Below, piece after piece: positions 1-12,918 of a stretch of 64,000 bases of DNA (positions within the stretch are counted from its first letter, which is position 1; each line of letters begins with the position of its first letter). Source of the DNA: an uncultured Pseudomonadota bacterium. Its GTDB lineage: Bacteria > Pseudomonadota > Alphaproteobacteria > Acetobacterales > Acetobacteraceae. The position numbers were made by a program, and so were the translations under genes. The stretch covers positions 291,335-355,334 of the forward strand of contig CAWISK010000010.1 in NCBI GenBank assembly GCA_963838805.1, in the 5' to 3' direction. The notes beneath the pieces are model-generated. The model was given only the letters and a program-made list of their open reading frames with translations. It had not been told where the DNA came from and ran no database searches.

Positions 1-376
1 GTGGCTGGTGACGATGATCGGCCTGTGCTTCGGCGGCGGCTGGTATGCGCTCGGCTGCGCCGCCACGGCACTCGCGCTGGCGACACTCTGGCCGCTGCGC
101 GCGCTGGAAAAGCGCTTGCGCCTGCATCGCAGGGGAATGCTGCTGCTGGAATCGGTGGCGGACGGGCCGGACGCGGATCGCGTGCTGGCGCTGCTGTCCG
201 CGCGCGGCTTTTCCCTGCGCTCCCGCCAGGTCGCGGTGGAGCCGCAGGGGGAGCGTCGGTCCCTGCAATGCAGCGGCCGCTATCGCGGCGCCTATCCCGG
301 CTGGTCGGAGGCGGTCATCGCCGAACTGACCAACCTGCCCGGCGTGCTGAAGGTGGAATGGCACGACATGGATTAG
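1..376 (+). CDS. MgtC/SapB family protein, C-terminal part (5' end outside window)
   Basis: The frame of track ORF 8..376 is open from the window edge. A hydrophobic helix IGLCFGGGWYALGCAATALALATLW is followed by a soluble tail typical of the MgtC family. Confidence 0.65.
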   Translation, partial: WLVTMIGLCFGGGWYALGCAATALALATLWPLRALEKRLRLHRRGMLLLESVADGPDADRVLALLSARGFSLRSRQVAVEPQGERRSLQCSGRYRGAYPGWSEAVIAELTNLPGVLKVEWHDMD

Positions 377-391
377 GCACTCCGCCGGCCA

Positions 392-658
392 CTACGCCTT
401 GCGGCGCAGGCGCTGCGCGTTGGCGGTGGCGCGACGGTGCCACGGGCGCAGCACCGCATCGTGGCCCGCTCCGGTCATCATGGCCAGCGTGGAGATCTGG
501 GCCGCGCGGATCTTCTCGGCCATCATGCGCTGGTATTCCGCGGCGCTGCAGGCGCCCTGCGCCATCAGGCTGGTGCGGCGCCAGATGGTCTCCCACGAGG
601 CAAGCGACAGCTCGGCCAGCATCATCGGAAGCGGCTTCAGGGTGTTCTTACGCGCCAT
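392..658 (-). CDS. hypothetical small protein (88 aa)
   Basis: Internal ATG of track ORF 392..715 (MARKNTLKPLPMMLAEL...) with a GGAG about 9 nt upstream. No recognisable family. Confidence 0.5.
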   Translation of the reverse strand: MARKNTLKPLPMMLAELSLASWETIWRRTSLMAQGACSAAEYQRMMAEKIRAAQISTLAMMTGAGHDAVLRPWHRRATANAQRLRRKA

Positions 659-687
659 GTCGGCATCTCCGGAAAAGGGGCGGCTGG

Positions 688-1401
688 CTAGGCACGGACA
701 GCGTCCATCAGCCATCGCATCCGCCGCACAACGCTGGTGATGCCGTCCAGTATCGCCTCGCCAATCAGGAAATGACCGATATTGAGTTCGACCACCTCCG
801 GCAGCGCCGCGACCGCGCCGACATTGTCATAGGTCAGTCCGTGACCGGCATGGCATTCCAGCCCGAGTGCGGTCGTGCGTGAGGCTGCATCGCGCAGCCG
901 GTCCAGCTCGCCCGCACGGCCTTCGGCATAGGCGCCGGTATGCAGCTCGACCACGGCGGCGCCGATTTCGGCACTCGCCCGTAGCTGGCGCGGCTCGGGA
1001 TCGACGAACATCGAGACGCGGATGCCGGCGTCGCACAGCGCGGCCACGCGGTCGCGCAAGATCGCCACCTGACCGGCCACGTCCAGCCCACCCTCGGTGG
1101 TGATCTCGGCCCGCCGTTCCGGCACCAGGCAGCAGGCGTGCGGCCGCAGATCGCAGGCGATGCGCACCATCTCCTCGGTCGCGGCCATCTCCATGTTGAG
1201 CGGGACGGGCAGCGCGCGCAGGGCCGCCATGTCGGCGTCGCGCATGTGCCGCCGGTCCTCGCGCAAATGCGCGGTGATGCCATCGACGCCTGCCGCGATC
1301 GCGGCAGCCGCCACCGCGACCGGATCGGGGTGCAGGCCGCCGCGCGCATTGCGGATCGTGGCGACGTGATCGACGTTCAGCCCCAGCCGCAATTGCGGCA
1401 T
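688..1401 (-). CDS. pdxJ: pyridoxine 5'-phosphate synthase
   Basis: [22 protein letters not shown]...HLREDRRH...ELHTGAYA...GHGL matches PdxJ. The ATG at 1399-1401 shares one base with the lpdA stop (TGATG). The rest of track ORF 688..2463 is an artefactual upstream extension. Confidence 0.93.
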   Translation of the reverse strand: MPQLRLGLNVDHVATIRNARGGLHPDPVAVAAAAIAAGVDGITAHLREDRRHMRDADMAALRALPVPLNMEMAATEEMVRIACDLRPHACCLVPERRAEITTEGGLDVAGQVAILRDRVAALCDAGIRVSMFVDPEPRQLRASAEIGAAVVELHTGAYAEGRAGELDRLRDAASRTTALGLECHAGHGLTYDNVGAVAALPEVVELNIGHFLIGEAILDGITSVVRRMRWLMDAVRA

Positions 1402-2792
1402 CAGATGTGCAGCGCGCGGCCGTCCGCTGCCAGCGCCGCCTCCTTCACCGCCTCGCTCAAGGTGGGATGGGCGTGGCAGGTGCGCGCGATGTCCTCGGCG
1501 CTGGCGCCAAACTCCATTGCGGTTGCGATCTCCGCGATCAGCGTGCCGGCATCGGGGCCGATGATGTGCGCGCCCAGCACGCGATCGCTGCTCTTGTCGG
1601 CCAGGATCTTCACGAACCCGTCGGTGCTGCCCATCGCCCGCGCGCGCCCGTTCGCGGTGAACGGGAATTTTCCCGCGTTGTAGGACACGCCATCCTGCTT
1701 GAGCTGCTCCTCGGTGCGGCCGATCGAGGCGACCTCCGGCCACGTGTACACCACGCCGGGAATCACGTCGTAGTTCACGTGGCCCGCCTGGCCCGCCAGG
1801 GTTTCCGCCAACGCCACGCCCTCGTCCTCGGCCTTGTGCGCCAGCATCGGTCCGGCCACGACATCGCCGATCGCGTAGATTCCGGCAACGTTGGTGGCGA
1901 AATGCGGGTCGATCACGACACGCCCGCGCTCGTCGGTGCGCACGCCCACCGCATCCAGGCCCAGATCTTCGGTGGAGGCGCGCCGGCCGATCGCCACCAG
2001 AACGACATTCGCGCGCAGCTCCTCGCCGGCACCGCCGGCGGCGGGTTCCAGGGTCAACGTCACGCCATCGCCCTCGACGCGCGCGGCCGTGACCTTGGTG
2101 GACAGGCGGAACCTGATTCCCTGCTTGCCCAGGATGCGCTCGAACGCGCGGGCGATCTCGCCATCCATGCCCGGCACCAGCCGGTCGAGGAACTCGACCA
2201 CAGTGACCTCGGCGCCGAGCCTGCGCCAGACGCTGCCCAGCTCCAGCCCGATATAGCCGCCGCCGATCACCACGAGGCCTTTCGGCACCGCATCCAGCTC
2301 CAGCGCCCCGGTCGAGGTGACGATCCGGCGCTCGTCCACCTCGACACCCGGCAGCGGGATGCTTTCGCTGCCGGTGGCGATGACGATGTTTTTTGTTTCG
2401 TATTCCGTGCCGTCCACCTGCACGCGGCCCGGTGCGGTGATGCGGCCTGTGCCTTTCAGCCACGTCACCTTGTTCTTGCGGAACAGGAACTCGACACCCT
2501 TCACGTTCGCCGAGACCACCTCGGCCTTGCGCGCCTGCATCCGGGCCAGATCGACGCGCACGCCGTCCACGTCGATGCCGTGCTGGGCGAAATCGTGCTG
2601 CACCGCGTGAACGTTCTCGCTCGATTGCAGCAGCGCCTTGGACGGGATGCAGCCGATGTTGAGACAGGTGCCCCCCAGCGTCGCGCGCTTCTCCACGCAG
2701 GCGACCTTCATGCCGAGCTGGGCCGCGCGCAACGCACAGACATAGCCGCCGGGGCCGGAGCCGATGATGATGACGTCGAAGCTGTCGGCCAT
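1401..2792 (-). CDS. lpdA: dihydrolipoyl dehydrogenase (E3)
   Basis: 463 aa. FAD motif [10 protein letters not shown], redox-active disulfide [13 protein letters not shown] and C-terminal HAHPTLSE interface motif. Confidence 0.96.
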   Translation of the reverse strand: MADSFDVIIIGSGPGGYVCALRAAQLGMKVACVEKRATLGGTCLNIGCIPSKALLQSSENVHAVQHDFAQHGIDVDGVRVDLARMQARKAEVVSANVKGVEFLFRKNKVTWLKGTGRITAPGRVQVDGTEYETKNIVIATGSESIPLPGVEVDERRIVTSTGALELDAVPKGLVVIGGGYIGLELGSVWRRLGAEVTVVEFLDRLVPGMDGEIARAFERILGKQGIRFRLSTKVTAARVEGDGVTLTLEPAAGGAGEELRANVVLVAIGRRASTEDLGLDAVGVRTDERGRVVIDPHFATNVAGIYAIGDVVAGPMLAHKAEDEGVALAETLAGQAGHVNYDVIPGVVYTWPEVASIGRTEEQLKQDGVSYNAGKFPFTANGRARAMGSTDGFVKILADKSSDRVLGAHIIGPDAGTLIAEIATAMEFGASAEDIARTCHAHPTLSEAVKEAALAADGRALHI

Positions 2793-2796
2793 GACG

Positions 2797-4090
2797 TCAG
2801 ATCTCCAGCAGCAGCCGGCGCGGATCCTCGATGCATTCCTTGACGCGCACCAGGAAGCTCACGGCCTCCTTGCCATCGACGATGCGGTGGTCGTACCGAC
2901 AGGGCGAGATACATCATCGGCCGGATCTCGATGCTCTTGCCGATTGCCACGGGGCGGTCCTGGATCTTGTGCATCCCCAGGATCGCCGATTGCGGCGGGT
3001 TGAGGATCGGCGTGCTCATCAGGCTGCCATAGACGCCGCCATTGGTGATGCTGAACGTGCCGCCGGTCAGCTCCTCCAGCTTCAAGGCACCGTCACGGGC
3101 GCGACGGCCGAGTTCGGCGACGGACCGCTCGATCTCGGCGAAGCTCATCGTGTCGGCATGGCGTACCACCGGCACCACAAGGCCGGTGGCACCGCCCACG
3201 GCGATGCCCATGTGGACGTGGCGCTTATAGACGATGTCCTCGCCGTCGATCTCGGCGTTGACGGCCGGAAACTCCTTCAACGCAGCACAGCAGGCGCGCA
3301 CGAAAAAGCCCATGTAGCCGAGCCGCACGCCGCCATGCTTCTTCTCGAACGCTTCGCGGTACTCGGCGCGCAGCGCCATCGCCGCACTCATGTCCACCTC
3401 GTTGAAGGTGGTCAGCATGGCGGCGGTGTTCTGCGCCTCCTTCAGTCGGGCGGCGATGGTGCGACGCAGCCGCGTCATGCGCACGCGCTCCTCGCCCTCC
3501 TCGGCCACGCGCGGCGGCCGTGCCGCCTGTGCCGGTGCCGGTGGGGCGGGGCGGGAGAGGAACTCCAGCACGTCGCCCTTGGTGATGCGTCCGTCCTTGC
3601 CGCTGCCGTCGCCAAGCTCCGAGACGGAGAGGCCACGCTCGGCCATGATCTTGGCCGCCGCCGGCAGTGGCGCGGGCGCCTCGCCGGCGGGGGGTGCTGC
3701 GGGCCGCGCGACCGGGCCGCTGGGCGGCGGCGGCGGATTCACGCCGGGCGGCGGGTTGGCGGCGGGTGCGGCCGGTCTCGCCGGCGGCTCCTTGGCAGGG
3801 GTGGCGGCGGTGCTGGGCGCGGCGGGCTTCGGTGCCGGTGCGGCCGCTCCGCCGCCCTCGCCCAGCAAGCCCAGCACGGCTCCGACGGCGACCTCGGCAC
3901 CTTCGGCGGCGGCCACGCTCTGCAAGGTGCCGGCGGCGGGCGCGTTGACCTCGACCGTGACCTTGTCGGTCTCCAGCTCGACGAGCGGCTCGTCCTGCGC
4001 CACCGCCTCGCCGGCTTGTTTGAGCCAGCGGGCGACCGTGGCCGATGTCACGCTCTCGCCCAGCGTGGGCACCTTGATCTCGACAGGCAT
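2797..4090 (-). pseudogene. sucB: 2-oxoglutarate dehydrogenase E2, dihydrolipoyllysine succinyltransferase (frame broken by a 1-nt insertion near 2896-2897)
   Basis: Lipoyl domain [14 protein letters not shown], Pro/Ala linker and catalytic core [30 protein letters not shown]. After ...MMYLALS the track frame turns to nonsense. The adjacent frame reads [32 protein letters not shown] and stops at 2797-2799. There is an extra C in gtaCCgac. Confidence 0.9.
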
Positions 4091-4113
4091 CGGAGGCCCC
4101 TTGCTCGGTTGCG

Positions 4114-6966
4114 CTATGCCAGGCCCAGCGCCTGGCGCACCAGCTGGGTTTGTTCCGCCGCGTGCTTGCGCGCAAGCCCCGTGGCCGGACTCGCCGCCTC
4201 CTCGCGCCCGACATAGCGCGGCCGCTTCGCCCGCAAATCCAGGCCGCTCAGCACGTCCTCAATGCGGCGATCGACGAAGCTCCAGGCGCCCATGTTGCGC
4301 GGCTCTTCCTGACACCAGATCACGTCGGCATTCGGATAGTGCGCCAGCACCTTCGGCAGCGACTTGGTGGGGAACGGATAGAGCTGCTCGACGCGCACCA
4401 GCGCCACGTCGTTCACCCCCTGCTCGCGCCGTTCCGCCAGCAGATCGTAGTACACCTTGCCGCTGCACAGCACGACGCGCTTGACCTCGGCACTCGGCTC
4501 GATCGGATCGGTCTCGCCGATCACCGGACGGAACGCGCTGCCAGTCGCGAACTCGGCCAGCGTGGAGACGGCGAGCTTGTGGCGCAGCAGCGATTTCGGC
4601 GTCATCAGCACCAGCGGCTTGCGGAAATTGCGCGCGAGCTGCCGGCGGAGCGCGTGGAAATAGTTGGCGGGCGTGGTCAGGTTCCCAACCACCATGTTGC
4701 GCTCGGCGCAGAGTTGCAGATAGCGCTCCAGCCGCGCGGAGGAGTGCTCCGGCCCCTGCCCCTCGTAGCCGTGCGGCAGCAGCAGCACGAGGCCGGACAT
4801 GCGCAGCCATTTGGTCTCGCCGCTCGCCAGGAACTGATCGATCACCACCTGCGCGCCATTGGCGAAGTCGCCGAACTGTGCTTCCCACAAGACCAGCGTG
4901 CGCGGATCCGCAAGCGTGTAGCCGTATTCGAAGCCCAGCACGCCCTGTTCGGACAGCAGGGAGTTGTAGATCTCGATCTTCGCCTGGTGCGGGGCGATGT
5001 TGTTCAGCGGCACGTATTCGTGCTGCGTCTCCTGATCGACCAGCACGGCATGGCGCTGGCTGAACGTGCCACGCTGCGAATCCTCGCCGGAGAACCGCAC
5101 GCGGTGGCCGTCCAGCAGGAGCGCGCCGAAGGCCAGCGCCTCGCCGGTGGACCAGTCGATGCCCTCGCCGCTCTCGATCATGGTGCGCTTGGCATCGAGC
5201 TGACGGGCGATTTTCGGATTGATGTTGAAGCCGTCCGGCACGGTGGCGAGCGCCGCGCCGATCTCCTTCAGTTGCGCCGGCGCTGCCGCGGTCTCGCCTT
5301 CCTCGTCCTCGCCCGCCTCGGTCGGCTGCTTGATGCCCGACCAGTGACCCTCCAGCCAGTCGGCCTTGTTGACGCGGTAGGATTGCGCACCCTTGTAGGC
5401 GTCATCGAGCGTTTTCGCGAAACCGTCCCACATCGCCTGCGCCTCCGCGGCAGGCAGCACGCCCTCGCGCTCCAGCCGCTCGGCGTACAGCGTGCGCGTG
5501 GTGCGCCGGTCGCGGATGGCGCGGTACATGATCGGCTGCGTGAAAGCCGGCTCGTCGGTCTCGTTATGGCCGTGGCGACGGTAGCAGACGATATCGAGCA
5601 CGATGTCGCAGCCGAAGCGTTGGCGGTACTCCGCCGCCGTACGTGCGCACCACACCACAGCCTCCGGGTCGTCGCCGTTCACGTGCAGGATCGGCACCTG
5701 GATCGCCTTGGCGACATCGGTGCAGTACAGGCCGGAATAGGCGTGCGCCGGAACGGTCGTGAAGCCGATCTGGTTGTTGACGATCAGATGGATCGTGCCG
5801 CCGGTGCGGTAGCCGATGAGCTGGCTCATCGCCAACGTCTCATACACCAGGCCCTGACCCGCGAACGCCGCGTCGCCGTGCATCAGCACGCCCATCACCG
5901 AATGGCGGCCCTGCGTGTCGCCACGCATGTCCTGGCGCGCGCGCACCTTGCCCACCACCACCGGATCGACCGCCTCCAGATGCGACGGGTTCGGCTGCAG
6001 CGACAGGTGGACGGAGCGGCCCTTGATCTCGACATCGGTCGAGGTGCCGAGATGGTATTTCACGTCACCTGAGCCCTGCACGTCGTCGGGCTTGAAGCTC
6101 TCGCCGCCGAACTCGGAAAAGACGGCGGTGAACGGCTTGCGCACGATGTTGACCAGCGTGTTGAGCCGGCCGCGATGCGGCATGCCGATGCAGATCTCGC
6201 GCACGCCGGCCGCAGCCGCCGTGCCGATGATGGCATGCAGCGCCGGGATGCTGCTCTCGCCCCCCTCCAGCCCGAAACGCTTGGTGGTGACGTAGCGCTT
6301 CTGGCAGAACGCCTCGAAGCCTTCGGCCTCTGTCAATTGCCGCAGGATGCATTTCTTCGCCTCGGCATCGAAGGTGCGGCGCCACGGCGCGCCCTCCACG
6401 CGGCGCTGGATCCAGGCCTTCTGCTCGGGATCCTGGATGTGCATGAACTCGACGCCGATCGGCCCGCAATAGGTCTCGCGCAGCACGTCGAGAATCTGGC
6501 GGACCGTGGCGGTCTCCAGCCCCAGCACGTGATCGATGAAGATCTCGCGGTCGTAATCCGCTTCGGTGAAGCCATAGGTGGCGGGGTCCAGCTCGGAGTG
6601 GTGGCGGCGCTCGGCCAGGCCCAACGGGTCGAGCTTCGCCTCCAGATGGCCGCGCACCCGGTAGGCACGGATCAGCATCAGTGCGCGCAGACTGTCCTTG
6701 GTGGCGGCGCGGAGCTGCTCGGCGCTGGGGGCTGCGCGCACGCCGGCCGGCCTCGCCGGCCTCGGCTCGGCCGGGTGATGCGGTGCCCAGGAGGCGCCGG
6801 CAGCGTCGCCCAGCACCGCCCGCGCATCGTCGTCCATCGCCGCGAACAGGTCGGCGAAGCTCGGATCGACACTGTCGGGGTCGTCAACCCACCGTGCGTA
6901 GGTGTCGGCGATGAACGCCGCATTGGCTCCGCTGAACGCGCTGGCTAGGACATCGACGCCGGCCAT
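4114..6966 (-). CDS. sucA: 2-oxoglutarate dehydrogenase E1 component
   Basis: About 950 aa with E1o hallmarks ([38 protein letters not shown]). Start taken at [11 protein letters not shown] (ATG 6964-6966) inside track ORF 4114..7002. Confidence 0.95.
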   Translation of the reverse strand: MAGVDVLASAFSGANAAFIADTYARWVDDPDSVDPSFADLFAAMDDDARAVLGDAAGASWAPHHPAEPRPARPAGVRAAPSAEQLRAATKDSLRALMLIRAYRVRGHLEAKLDPLGLAERRHHSELDPATYGFTEADYDREIFIDHVLGLETATVRQILDVLRETYCGPIGVEFMHIQDPEQKAWIQRRVEGAPWRRTFDAEAKKCILRQLTEAEGFEAFCQKRYVTTKRFGLEGGESSIPALHAIIGTAAAAGVREICIGMPHRGRLNTLVNIVRKPFTAVFSEFGGESFKPDDVQGSGDVKYHLGTSTDVEIKGRSVHLSLQPNPSHLEAVDPVVVGKVRARQDMRGDTQGRHSVMGVLMHGDAAFAGQGLVYETLAMSQLIGYRTGGTIHLIVNNQIGFTTVPAHAYSGLYCTDVAKAIQVPILHVNGDDPEAVVWCARTAAEYRQRFGCDIVLDIVCYRRHGHNETDEPAFTQPIMYRAIRDRRTTRTLYAERLEREGVLPAAEAQAMWDGFAKTLDDAYKGAQSYRVNKADWLEGHWSGIKQPTEAGEDEEGETAAAPAQLKEIGAALATVPDGFNINPKIARQLDAKRTMIESGEGIDWSTGEALAFGALLLDGHRVRFSGEDSQRGTFSQRHAVLVDQETQHEYVPLNNIAPHQAKIEIYNSLLSEQGVLGFEYGYTLADPRTLVLWEAQFGDFANGAQVVIDQFLASGETKWLRMSGLVLLLPHGYEGQGPEHSSARLERYLQLCAERNMVVGNLTTPANYFHALRRQLARNFRKPLVLMTPKSLLRHKLAVSTLAEFATGSAFRPVIGETDPIEPSAEVKRVVLCSGKVYYDLLAERREQGVNDVALVRVEQLYPFPTKSLPKVLAHYPNADVIWCQEEPRNMGAWSFVDRRIEDVLSGLDLRAKRPRYVGREEAASPATGLARKHAAEQTQLVRQALGLA

Positions 6967-6980
6967 GTGCCTGTCTCCAA

Positions 6981-7042
6981 ACCCGTGCCGTTGCCGGCAC
7001 AACTCCGCTAACCCCGTGCCGCTACCGGCACAACTCCGCTAA
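6981..7042. repeat. tandem 31-nt repeat (2 copies), each containing a 6-bp stem hairpin, in the sucD-sucA intergenic spacer
   Basis: Copy 1 is acccgtgccgTTGccggcacaactccgctaa (6981-7011). Copy 2 is ccccgtgccgCTAccggcacaactccgctaa (7012-7042). The gtgccg/cggcac stems are conserved while the loops differ. Confidence 0.85.
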
Positions 7043-7112
7043 CATAGTCACAATGCGGCCGCACCGCCCGCGCGTTGCATGGGGGCGGGCATGAGGCGGA
7101 CGCACGCCTCGA

Positions 7113-7991
7113 TCAGCCGCGCAACACCCTCAGCATGGTGCTGCCCAGTGCGGCCGGGCTGTCGGCGACATGGACCCCGGCCTGGCGCAGCGCCTCCATC
7201 TTGGCTGCGGCGGTGTCGCGCCCGCCGCTGATCACCGCACCGGCATGGCCCATGCGCCGGCCGGGCGGTGCCGTGGTTCCGGCGATGAACCCCACCACCG
7301 GCTTGCCGCCACGGTTCTGCGAGGCCAAAAACTCCGCAGCCTCGATCTCGCTCTCGCCGCCGATCTCGCCGATCATGACGATCGCCTCGGTCTGGCTGTC
7401 GGCCAGGAACAGCGCCAGCACATCGACGAAATCCGTCCCCTTCACCGGATCGCCGCCAATGCCCACGCAACTGCTCTGCCCCAGGCCCGCAGCCGTGGTC
7501 TGCGCCACCGCCTCGTAGGTCAGCGTGCCCGAGCGCGACACGATCCCCACCCGCCCGGGCCGGTGGATGTGCCCCGGCATGATGCCGATCTTGCAGGCAT
7601 CCGGCGTGATCACCCCGGGACAGTTCGGCCCGATCAGCCGCGAGCCCGAGCCGTCCAGCGCCCGCGCGACCCGCACCATGTCCAGCACCGGAATGCCCTC
7701 GGTGATGCAGACGATCAGGCCCACCCCGGCATCCACCGCCTCCAGGATCGCGTCCGCCGCAAACGCCGGCGGCACGTAGATCGCACTCGCCGTGGCCCCC
7801 GTCGCCGCCACCGCCTCGGCCACCGTGTCGAACACCGGCAGATCCAAATGCCGGCTGCCGCCCTTGCCCGGCGTCACGCCGCCCACGATCTTGGTGCCAT
7901 AGGCGATCGCCTGCTCGGAATGGAACGTGCCCTGCGCCCCGGTAAAACCCTGCGTGAGCACCTTGGTGCGGCCATCGACCAGGATCGCCAT
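7113..7991 (-). CDS. sucD: succinate--CoA ligase subunit alpha
   Basis: [45 protein letters not shown]...; start at the internal ATG 7989-7991 of track ORF 7113..8066. Confidence 0.95.
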   Translation of the reverse strand: MAILVDGRTKVLTQGFTGAQGTFHSEQAIAYGTKIVGGVTPGKGGSRHLDLPVFDTVAEAVAATGATASAIYVPPAFAADAILEAVDAGVGLIVCITEGIPVLDMVRVARALDGSGSRLIGPNCPGVITPDACKIGIMPGHIHRPGRVGIVSRSGTLTYEAVAQTTAAGLGQSSCVGIGGDPVKGTDFVDVLALFLADSQTEAIVMIGEIGGESEIEAAEFLASQNRGGKPVVGFIAGTTAPPGRRMGHAGAVISGGRDTAAAKMEALRQAGVHVADSPAALGSTMLRVLRG

Positions 7992-8007
7992 CAGCCGCCC
8001 TCCCCCA

Positions 8008-10241
<2,234 letters not shown>

Positions 10242-10291
10242 CTAGCCGATCGGCCCGGGAGCGGCAAGATCGGCCCCGGCTCCGGCCAATT

Positions 10292-11458
10292 TCACGTCAG
10301 ATGCGGCAGCGCCAGCCAAGCCTCGCCCTGCATCTCGACCAGCCGCGAGGCGGTGCGCAGGAACGGCACCGCCCATTCCCCGTCGCGGCACAGCGCGTCC
10401 GGCTCGGCCGCGGCCGAGGCCACCAGCTTCACCCGATGGTCGTACAGCGCATCGACCAGGACCATGAAGCGGCGGGTGGCGTCGCGCCGCTCGGCGCCCA
10501 GCAGCGGCACGTCGTCGAGCACGAGCGCGTGGAAATGGGTGGCGATCGCCAGGTAGTCGCCCGGACCCACCGGCATCTCGCACAGCCCCGTAAAGTCGAA
10601 CCGTGCAGCCGTGCCGGCGGCGAGCGGGATGCGCACGCGCCGCCCGCTCACCATCAGCCGCCGCGGCTCCGGCAGGGCGCGCTGCGACAGCTCGGCGAAG
10701 GCGGCATCCAGCGCCTCCCTGGCCCGCGCGTCCGTCGGAACGTGCCAGCGGCGCAGCCCGCGCAAGCCGGAGCGGCGGAAATCCCGATCCCCGTCCAGCA
10801 CCAGCACGTCGAGATTCTGCTCCAGCAGGTCGATGAAGGGCAGGAACGCATCGCGCCCCGGCTGGCCCTCGAACAGCCGGCGCGGCGGCGTGTTCGAGGT
10901 CGCGACCACGACCACGCCGCGCGCGAACAGCGCCTGGAACAGGCGTCCCAGCAGCATCGCATCGGCGATGTCGGTGATCTGGAACTCGTCGAAGCACAGC
11001 AGCACGGCTTCGGCGGCGATGGTGTCGGCTAGCGGCGGGATCGGGTCCGCGCCCTCCGGGTGTGCCTGCCGCCAGGCGTGGATGCGGGCATGCGCATCCT
11101 GCATGAACCGGTGGAAATGGACGCGGCGACGGCGGACGACGGGCGCCTGCTCGAAGAACAGGTCCATCAGCATGGATTTGCCGCGGCCGACTTCGCCCAC
11201 CAGATACAGGCCGTGCGGCCGCTTCTCGTCCCCGCCCTCGCTCGCCCGGCGCAGCAGGCGCCCGAACAGGCCTGCGGCTCCATTTTCCGCCCGTGGCGGC
11301 GGATCGTAGCCGCGCAGCGCCGCCCACAGGGATTGCAGCCGCTCAGCCGCCGCAAGCTGGACCGGATCGGCCTGAAGCCGGCCCGCCCGCACCAGCGCGC
11401 GCAGGGCCGGTAGCGGGCCGGAGGCGAGCCGGTCGGGCGGCGCGGGCGACGAATCCAT
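10292..11458 (-). CDS. zapE: AFG1/ZapE family ATPase (cell division protein ZapE)
   Basis: Walker A GEVGRGKS, Walker B LLCFDEFQITDIADA, ATSNTPP motif. Start at MDSSPAPP (ATG 11456-11458) within track ORF 10292..11560. Confidence 0.88.
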   Translation of the reverse strand: MDSSPAPPDRLASGPLPALRALVRAGRLQADPVQLAAAERLQSLWAALRGYDPPPRAENGAAGLFGRLLRRASEGGDEKRPHGLYLVGEVGRGKSMLMDLFFEQAPVVRRRRVHFHRFMQDAHARIHAWRQAHPEGADPIPPLADTIAAEAVLLCFDEFQITDIADAMLLGRLFQALFARGVVVVATSNTPPRRLFEGQPGRDAFLPFIDLLEQNLDVLVLDGDRDFRRSGLRGLRRWHVPTDARAREALDAAFAELSQRALPEPRRLMVSGRRVRIPLAAGTAARFDFTGLCEMPVGPGDYLAIATHFHALVLDDVPLLGAERRDATRRFMVLVDALYDHRVKLVASAAAEPDALCRDGEWAVPFLRTASRLVEMQGEAWLALPHLT

Positions 11459-11580
11459 ACGGGGCGGGCGCTTATCCCGATTGGCGGGCGGCGGCAACAC
11501 CGTGGCTTGCCCCGGCTCCCGCCGTGCAACCCCCCCGTTCCTGTGCCGTTGGCGCAACACGCAAGGAAAAACTCAAGACC

Positions 11581-11790
11581 ATGATGAAATACATCCCGCC
11601 GCTGATCGCTCTCGCCCTTGCCTGCCCCGCGCCGACATGGGCGGCGTCCGCGCCGGCCTCGCCGCATCCGCAGGCGATCTGCCATGCGGGGGTGATGCAT
11701 GCGGCATTCGCGTCTGCTGAGCAGCTTTGCCCCCGGCCGCTCGCCATGGCCCGCGTCGAGAAGCCGCATCGCCGCCCGCCGCGCACCTGA
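11581..11790 (+). CDS. hypothetical small secreted protein (69 aa)
   Basis: An AAGGA lies upstream of the ATG at 11581. Signal-peptide-like MMKYIPPLIALALACPAPTWAAS. No family recognised. Confidence 0.4.
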   Translation: MMKYIPPLIALALACPAPTWAASAPASPHPQAICHAGVMHAAFASAEQLCPRPLAMARVEKPHRRPPRT

Positions 11791-11856
11791 AGCGGGCTGA
11801 CAGACGGGTTGGCAGACGGACTGGCAGATGGGCCGGCCGGCGCCTATCATGTGGGA

Positions 11857-12486
11857 ATGACCCTCGACTACGCGGCCCTGCGCGCCACCCCGATCGCGAC
11901 CGAGCCTTTCCCTCACGTGGTTGTGCCGCATTTCGTCCCGGCAGCCTCCCTGTCGCGCGTCGTCGCCGATCTGCCGGAAATCTCCTCCCGCGGCTCGTTC
12001 CCGCCCTCGGCCTTGCGGCTCGGAGCAGCCGCGCGGGCGCTGATGTCGGAGCTGGAGGCACCCAGGCTGCGCACAGCCATTGCCGAGAAATTCGAGCTCG
12101 ATCTGGACGGCGCCGCGACGATGGTGACGTTGCGCGGCCAGACGAACGAGAGGGATGGCCGCATCCACTGCGACTCCGCCACGAAGCGGGTGACGGTGCT
12201 GCTGTATCTAAACCCGGGCAGCGCGCAATGGGCCGAGCAAGGCGGCAGCCTGCGCCTGCTGCGCGGCCCGGACGACATAGACGATTACGTGGTCGAGGTT
12301 CCGCCCGTGGACGGCACGCTGCTGGTCTTTCCCAACGGTCCCGGCACCTGGCACGGCCATCGCCGCTATATCGGACGGCGCTACGTGGTGCAGCTCAACT
12401 ACATGACGGCCGATGCCGCCGCGCGCTCCGAGTTGCGGCGGCACCGGATCAGCGCGGTCGTGAAACGGCTGACGCGCGCCGCATGA
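11857..12486 (+). CDS. 2OG-Fe(II) oxygenase superfamily protein
   Basis: HxD triad element RIHCDS, distal His in TWHGH, LLYLN...GGSLRL core. ATG 11857 preferred over the TTG that heads track ORF 11809..12486. Confidence 0.75.
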   Translation: MTLDYAALRATPIATEPFPHVVVPHFVPAASLSRVVADLPEISSRGSFPPSALRLGAAARALMSELEAPRLRTAIAEKFELDLDGAATMVTLRGQTNERDGRIHCDSATKRVTVLLYLNPGSAQWAEQGGSLRLLRGPDDIDDYVVEVPPVDGTLLVFPNGPGTWHGHRRYIGRRYVVQLNYMTADAAARSELRRHRISAVVKRLTRAA

Positions 12487-12914
12487 GCACGCCCGAGCGC
12501 GAAGCCGCGCAGCACCTGGTGCGCGCCTATTATGCCGCATTCGAGTCCGGCGACCGGAACTCCTTCCTGGCCCTGCTGACCGAGGACGTGGTGCATGAGA
12601 TCAGCCAGGGTGGGCGCGAGACCGGTCGCGATGCGTTCCGCCGCTTCATGGCGCACATGGACCGCTGCTACCGCGAGCGCGTCGCCGATCTGGTGGTGAT
12701 GGCGGACGAGACGGGCACCCGCGCCGCCGCCGAGTTCACCGTGCATGGCGAATATCTCGCAACCGATCCGGGCGTGCCGGCCGGCACGCCGGGGGCGGCC
12801 GGACAGCGCTACGTGCTGCCCGCCGGCGCGTTCTTCACGCTGCGCGACGGGCGGGTGGCGCGCATCAGCAACCATTACAATCTGGGCGACTGGGTCCGGC
12901 AGGTCGGCGGCTGA
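12483..12914 (+). CDS. SnoaL-like / NTF2-fold (ketosteroid isomerase-related) protein
   Basis: 143 aa: MSTPEREAAQHLVRAYYAAFESGDRNSFLALLTEDVVHE... The ATG overlaps the stop of the upstream oxygenase (ATGA). Confidence 0.7.
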   Translation: MSTPEREAAQHLVRAYYAAFESGDRNSFLALLTEDVVHEISQGGRETGRDAFRRFMAHMDRCYRERVADLVVMADETGTRAAAEFTVHGEYLATDPGVPAGTPGAAGQRYVLPAGAFFTLRDGRVARISNHYNLGDWVRQVGG

Positions 12915-12918
12915 GGGC

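Noticed and set aside
688-2463. A 591-aa ORF that would fuse pdxJ to a long N-terminal extension. Similar cases are 23957..25108-, 29468..31489-, 30757..32271-, 12919..14916- and 49420..50985-.
   Set aside because: Only the 3' portion after an internal ATG matches a known family. The extensions overlap the neighbouring real gene in another frame.
2890-2900. Programmed ribosomal frameshifting or transcriptional slippage as the explanation for the frame changes in sucB, proV, pheT and others.
   Set aside because: There are too many sites, of mixed +1 and -1 sign. I saw no slippery heptamers or downstream pseudoknots. They affect unrelated genes. Homopolymer-length error is the simpler explanation.
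4150-6072. A 640-aa ORF on the plus strand, and many similar long track ORFs: 1..882+, 1407..2843+, 2831..4216+, 7927..9483+, 12745..14496+, 17723..19300-, 20269..21600+, 33133..35073+, 39383..41002+, 41479..43083+, 46123..47655+, 49150..50964+, 54278..55759+, 58218..59774-, 60804..61841-.
   Set aside because: All lie antisense to, or out of frame within, genes with unmistakable conserved motifs. Their translations are Arg/Ala/Gly/Pro-rich low-complexity strings typical of shadow ORFs in roughly 70% GC DNA.
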